This document shows, one piece after another, positions 61,295 through 64,000 of a stretch of 64,000 nt of DNA. This stretch comes from Erythrobacter sp. Lineage in GTDB: Bacteria > Pseudomonadota > Alphaproteobacteria > Sphingomonadales > Sphingomonadaceae. The DNA is taken from NCBI RefSeq assembly GCF_023653175.1, contig NZ_JAMNXL010000001.1, positions 314 to 64,313 of the forward strand. Reading direction: 5' to 3'. The position numbers and the translations under genes were made by a program. The notes under the pieces are model-generated. The model saw only the letters and a program-made list of their open reading frames with translations. It was not told the origin of the DNA and ran no database searches. Numbering within the stretch: the stretch's first letter is position 1; each line of letters begins with the position of its first letter.

Positions 61295-61295
61295 C

Positions 61296-62051
61296 ATGGC
61301 ACAGCAACCCGCCACCCGGATCGACGCGCATTTCATCGCCGCGGGCAAGTATCACGATATCGATTACCCCCGGCTCGAGATCCTCAAGCTGCTCGCCGAG
61401 CATCCGCAGATCCGCACCACTGTGGCGGCGGATTATTCGGGGCTGGAGCGGCTCGATGCGTGCCGGTTCCTCATCACCTACACCTGCGACCTGATGCCGA
61501 CCCCGGAACAGGCCGCGCAGCTGAAGGCGTGGATGGCAAAGGGCGGCAAGTGGATGGCGCTCCACGGCACCAACTCGATCCTCGTCTTCACCGCCGATGG
61601 CCTGGTCGATGCCCCCGATGATCGCCCCGACGTGATGGAAATGCTCGGTACGCAGTTCGTCGCCCACCCGCCGATCGACAAGTTCCTGGTCGAAGTGGTG
61701 GGCAAGGACCACGAGCTGACCCGCGGCATCGCAGATTTCGAGGTGGTGGACGAGCTCTACCTCTCCAAGACCACCGCGCCGATCGACACGCTGATGCAGA
61801 CCACCTTCGAAGGCGAGGCGACCGGCTTCACCCACAGCACGTGGGAAAAGACCACGGTTCCTATCGTTTATACGAGGGATATCGGCGCGGGGCGGATAGT
61901 ATACAATGCGTTGGGCCATTGCCGCGGGCACTATGATCTTCCGGGCATGGCCGATTTCTACCCGCACAAGGAAATGTGCGCGTGGAACTACGACGTCTAC
62001 TACGACCTGCTGCGGCGCACGATTGCCTGGGCGATGCGGGACGGGGAATGA
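61296..62051 (+). CDS. ThuA-domain protein, paralog 2
   Basis: 251 aa from MAQQPATRIDAHFIAAGKYHD. ...GGKWMALHGTNS...HELTRGIADFEVVDELY... Starts 2 nt after the SDR stop. Confidence 0.8.
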   Translation: MAQQPATRIDAHFIAAGKYHDIDYPRLEILKLLAEHPQIRTTVAADYSGLERLDACRFLITYTCDLMPTPEQAAQLKAWMAKGGKWMALHGTNSILVFTADGLVDAPDDRPDVMEMLGTQFVAHPPIDKFLVEVVGKDHELTRGIADFEVVDELYLSKTTAPIDTLMQTTFEGEATGFTHSTWEKTTVPIVYTRDIGAGRIVYNALGHCRGHYDLPGMADFYPHKEMCAWNYDVYYDLLRRTIAWAMRDGE

Positions 62052-62106
62052 AGCTGGCAGGTCCGCGGATGCGTAGCTTGCGGGATCGAGATTGGGACTG
62101 ATTGCA

Positions 62107-63315
62107 ATGGATATGGACTTCTCGCCCGAGGATCTGGCTTTCCGCGAGGAAGTGCGCAGCTTCCTTGCGGACAACCTGCCCGAACGGCTGCGCGATGGCG
62201 CGCGCCGGACGCCCGGCGTGTTCGTCGAGCCGGATATCGGGATGGAGTGGCACCGCATCCTCTACAAACAGGGCTGGGTCGCGCCGCACTGGCCCAAGGC
62301 GGACGGCGGCACCGGCTGGACGCCGACGCAGAAGTTCATCTTCGAGAAGGAATGCGCGCTCGCCGGCGCGCCCGCGCTCGCGATCCTCGGCCTGCGCCTG
62401 GTCGGCCCCGTCATCTGCGAATTCGGCACGCCCGAACAGAAGGCCCGTTTCCTGCCCGGCATCCTGTCGGGCGAGGATTACTGGTGCCAGGGCTATTCCG
62501 AGCCCGGCAGCGGATCGGACCTCGCAAGCCTCAAGACCAGCGCGCGGCTTGAGGGCGATGAGTACGTCATCAACGGTTCCAAGATCTGGACCACCCACGC
62601 CCACCACGCCGACTGGATCTTCGCGCTGGTGCGCACTGATGCCACAGTGAAAAAGCAGGCCGGGATCAGCTTCCTGCTCGTGCCGATGGACCAGCCCGGG
62701 GTGACGGTGACCCCGATCTACTCGATGTCGGGCGATCACGAGGTCAATGCGGTGTTCTTCACCGACGCGCGCACCGGGCAGGAAAACCGCATCGGGGCGG
62801 AAGGTGCCGGGTGGACCATCGCCAAGTTCCTGCTCGAGAACGAGCGCGGCGGATCGTGCTATGCCCCGCGCCTGCTCCAGAGCATCGACCGGCTCGAGAA
62901 CCTCGCCCAGACCCAGCCCTCGGGCGTCAATGGCGCGATCGCGCATGACCCGCGCTTCCGCGACCGCCTCGCCCGCGTGCGGCTGGAGGCCGAGGCGCTG
63001 GAAGTGACCGAGCTGCGCATCCTCGCCGAGCTCGCCAAGGGCCGCGCACCCGGACCGCAGACCTCGCTGGTGAAGCTGCTCGGCTCGAACATCGGCCAGC
63101 AGGTCGATGTGCTGCGCCTCGAACTGCTCGGGCCGGACGCGCTGCAATTGCCGCTGGAGCGCCCGCTCTACGGCAACGAGGCGCCCGAGCCGGTGGGCAG
63201 CGAATATGCCCAGACCGCCATGGGCAAATACCTCAACAACCGCGCCTCGACGATCTTCGGCGGATCGGACGAGGTGCAGAAGAACATCATTGCCAAGACC
63301 GTTCTCGGTCTCTGA
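62107..63315 (+). CDS. Acyl-CoA dehydrogenase family protein (402 aa)
   Basis: MDMDFSPEDLAFREEVRSF. WCQGYSEPGSGSDLASL. C-terminal IFGGSDEVQKNIIAK. Confidence 0.9.
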   Translation: MDMDFSPEDLAFREEVRSFLADNLPERLRDGARRTPGVFVEPDIGMEWHRILYKQGWVAPHWPKADGGTGWTPTQKFIFEKECALAGAPALAILGLRLVGPVICEFGTPEQKARFLPGILSGEDYWCQGYSEPGSGSDLASLKTSARLEGDEYVINGSKIWTTHAHHADWIFALVRTDATVKKQAGISFLLVPMDQPGVTVTPIYSMSGDHEVNAVFFTDARTGQENRIGAEGAGWTIAKFLLENERGGSCYAPRLLQSIDRLENLAQTQPSGVNGAIAHDPRFRDRLARVRLEAEALEVTELRILAELAKGRAPGPQTSLVKLLGSNIGQQVDVLRLELLGPDALQLPLERPLYGNEAPEPVGSEYAQTAMGKYLNNRASTIFGGSDEVQKNIIAKTVLGL

Positions 63316-63325
63316 GGAAACCGAA

Positions 63326-64000
63326 ATGGACGCTTCGAAACTGATGTTCCGCGATGGCCTGATGGCGGGCGAGCGCATTCTCGTCACCGGCGGCGGCACC
63401 GGCCTCGGACGCGAGATGGCCGAGGCCTTCCTCAAGCTGGGCGCGACCGTCTACATCTGCGGGCGGCGGCAGAACAAGCTGGATGAAACGGCGGCGGAGC
63501 TAACCGCGCTCCACGGCGGCAAGATCGTCGGCATGGCCTGCGACATCCGCGATGCGGCCGCGATCCACACGATGGTCGACGCGATCTGGGCCGATGGCGG
63601 AGCGCTCACCGGCGTCGTCAACAACGCCGCTGGCAACTTCATCAGCCGCACCGAGGATCTGTCGGTCAACGGTTTCAACGCCATCGCCGACATCGTGATG
63701 CGCGGCACCTTCTATGTCACGCTCGACATCGGCAAGCGGCTGATCGCGGAGAAGAAGAAGGCCAGTTTCCTCTCGATCCTCACCACCTGGGTGTGGTCGG
63801 GCAGCGCCTTCGTGGTGCCCTCCGCCATGTCCAAGACCGCGATCAACGCCATGACCCAAAGCCTTGCGACCGAGTGGGGCCGCTATGGCCTGCGCTTCAA
63901 TGCCATCGCACCCGGTCTCTTTCCCACCAAGGGGATGAGCGCGCGGCTGCACCCCGGCGGCGCGGGCGGCAATTCCGGCAACAACCTCAACCCCATGGGC
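63326..64000 (+). CDS. SDR, 2,4-dienoyl-CoA-reductase-like (partial, runs off window end)
   Basis: Not in the ORF track because it has no stop in the window. RBS GAGGAA. MDASKLMFRDGLMAGERILVTGGGTGLGRE... NNAAGNF. SAMSKTAI. 225 codons in frame to position 64000. Confidence 0.85.
   Translation, partial: MDASKLMFRDGLMAGERILVTGGGTGLGREMAEAFLKLGATVYICGRRQNKLDETAAELTALHGGKIVGMACDIRDAAAIHTMVDAIWADGGALTGVVNNAAGNFISRTEDLSVNGFNAIADIVMRGTFYVTLDIGKRLIAEKKKASFLSILTTWVWSGSAFVVPSAMSKTAINAMTQSLATEWGRYGLRFNAIAPGLFPTKGMSARLHPGGAGGNSGNNLNPMG

Noticed and set aside
43446-63435. Other long antisense ORFs: 43446..44996 (516 aa), 52534..54171 (545 aa), 56097..58199 (700 aa), 61861..63435 (524 aa)
   Set aside because: Each lies opposite a gene with clear family motifs (P450, Mo enzyme, P450/ACAD, ACAD). 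No independent support.
1-64000. CRISPR arrays, rRNA or tRNA genes, prophage, toxin-antitoxin or known defence systems
   Set aside because: I saw no repeat-spacer periodicity, no rRNA or tRNA-like sequence, and no nuclease, ATPase, methylase, integrase or phage structural signatures in any supported ORF.

Overview
High-GC chromosomal segment (about 65 percent GC in lines I counted) from an alphaproteobacterium. Gene content suggests Sphingomonadales: a petABC bc1 operon, a fused PhaAB-type Mrp antiporter, and TonB-receptor-led catabolic genes. This placement is an inference. I re-evaluated start codons against the ORF track using RBS, neighbour stop codons and family-typical N-termini. Many long ORFs in the track are GC-driven antisense or read-through artefacts. 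Left 25 kb: a mer-like MerR/operator unit driving a glutaredoxin-MauE fusion; a CnrY/CnrX/CnrH-type ECF sigma module that appears transcriptionally fused to copABC (no copD seen); a six-gene mrp/pha cation:proton antiporter operon with 4-nt overlaps throughout; apt; petABC; pgeF; pepN; then single housekeeping-type genes (SDR-like epimerase, EamA, threonine aldolase, small GNAT) and a YdbS/YdbT-type bPH2 pair. From 25.0 kb to the window end there are 42 CDS forming an oxidative, beta-oxidation-like catabolic supercluster. It holds a TonB receptor, an MFS transporter, 3 P450s, 2 Rieske oxygenase alpha subunits, a KstD-like flavoprotein, 6 SDRs, 3 MDR enone-reductase-like paralogs, 6 NTF2/SnoaL-like proteins, 2 ABM proteins, 3 AhpD/CMD-like proteins, 2 ThuA-domain proteins, 2 acyl-CoA dehydrogenases, an acyl-CoA ligase, a DUF35 plus thiolase-like pair, and a cytoplasmic molybdopterin enzyme with its own mobA. 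I recognise no regulator, ferredoxin, reductase or oxygenase beta subunit in it. A 0.9-kb low-GC islet with an orphan membrane protein interrupts it. I found no rRNA, tRNA, CRISPR array, transposase, integrase, or recognisable defence or toxin-antitoxin genes. The best candidates for something undescribed are the regulator-less catabolic supercluster (especially the divergent P450 units coupled to AhpD-like, ABM and NTF2 proteins), the CnrYXH-to-copABC wiring, and the rewired mer-type switch. All family assignments come from motif recognition by eye, not from searches.
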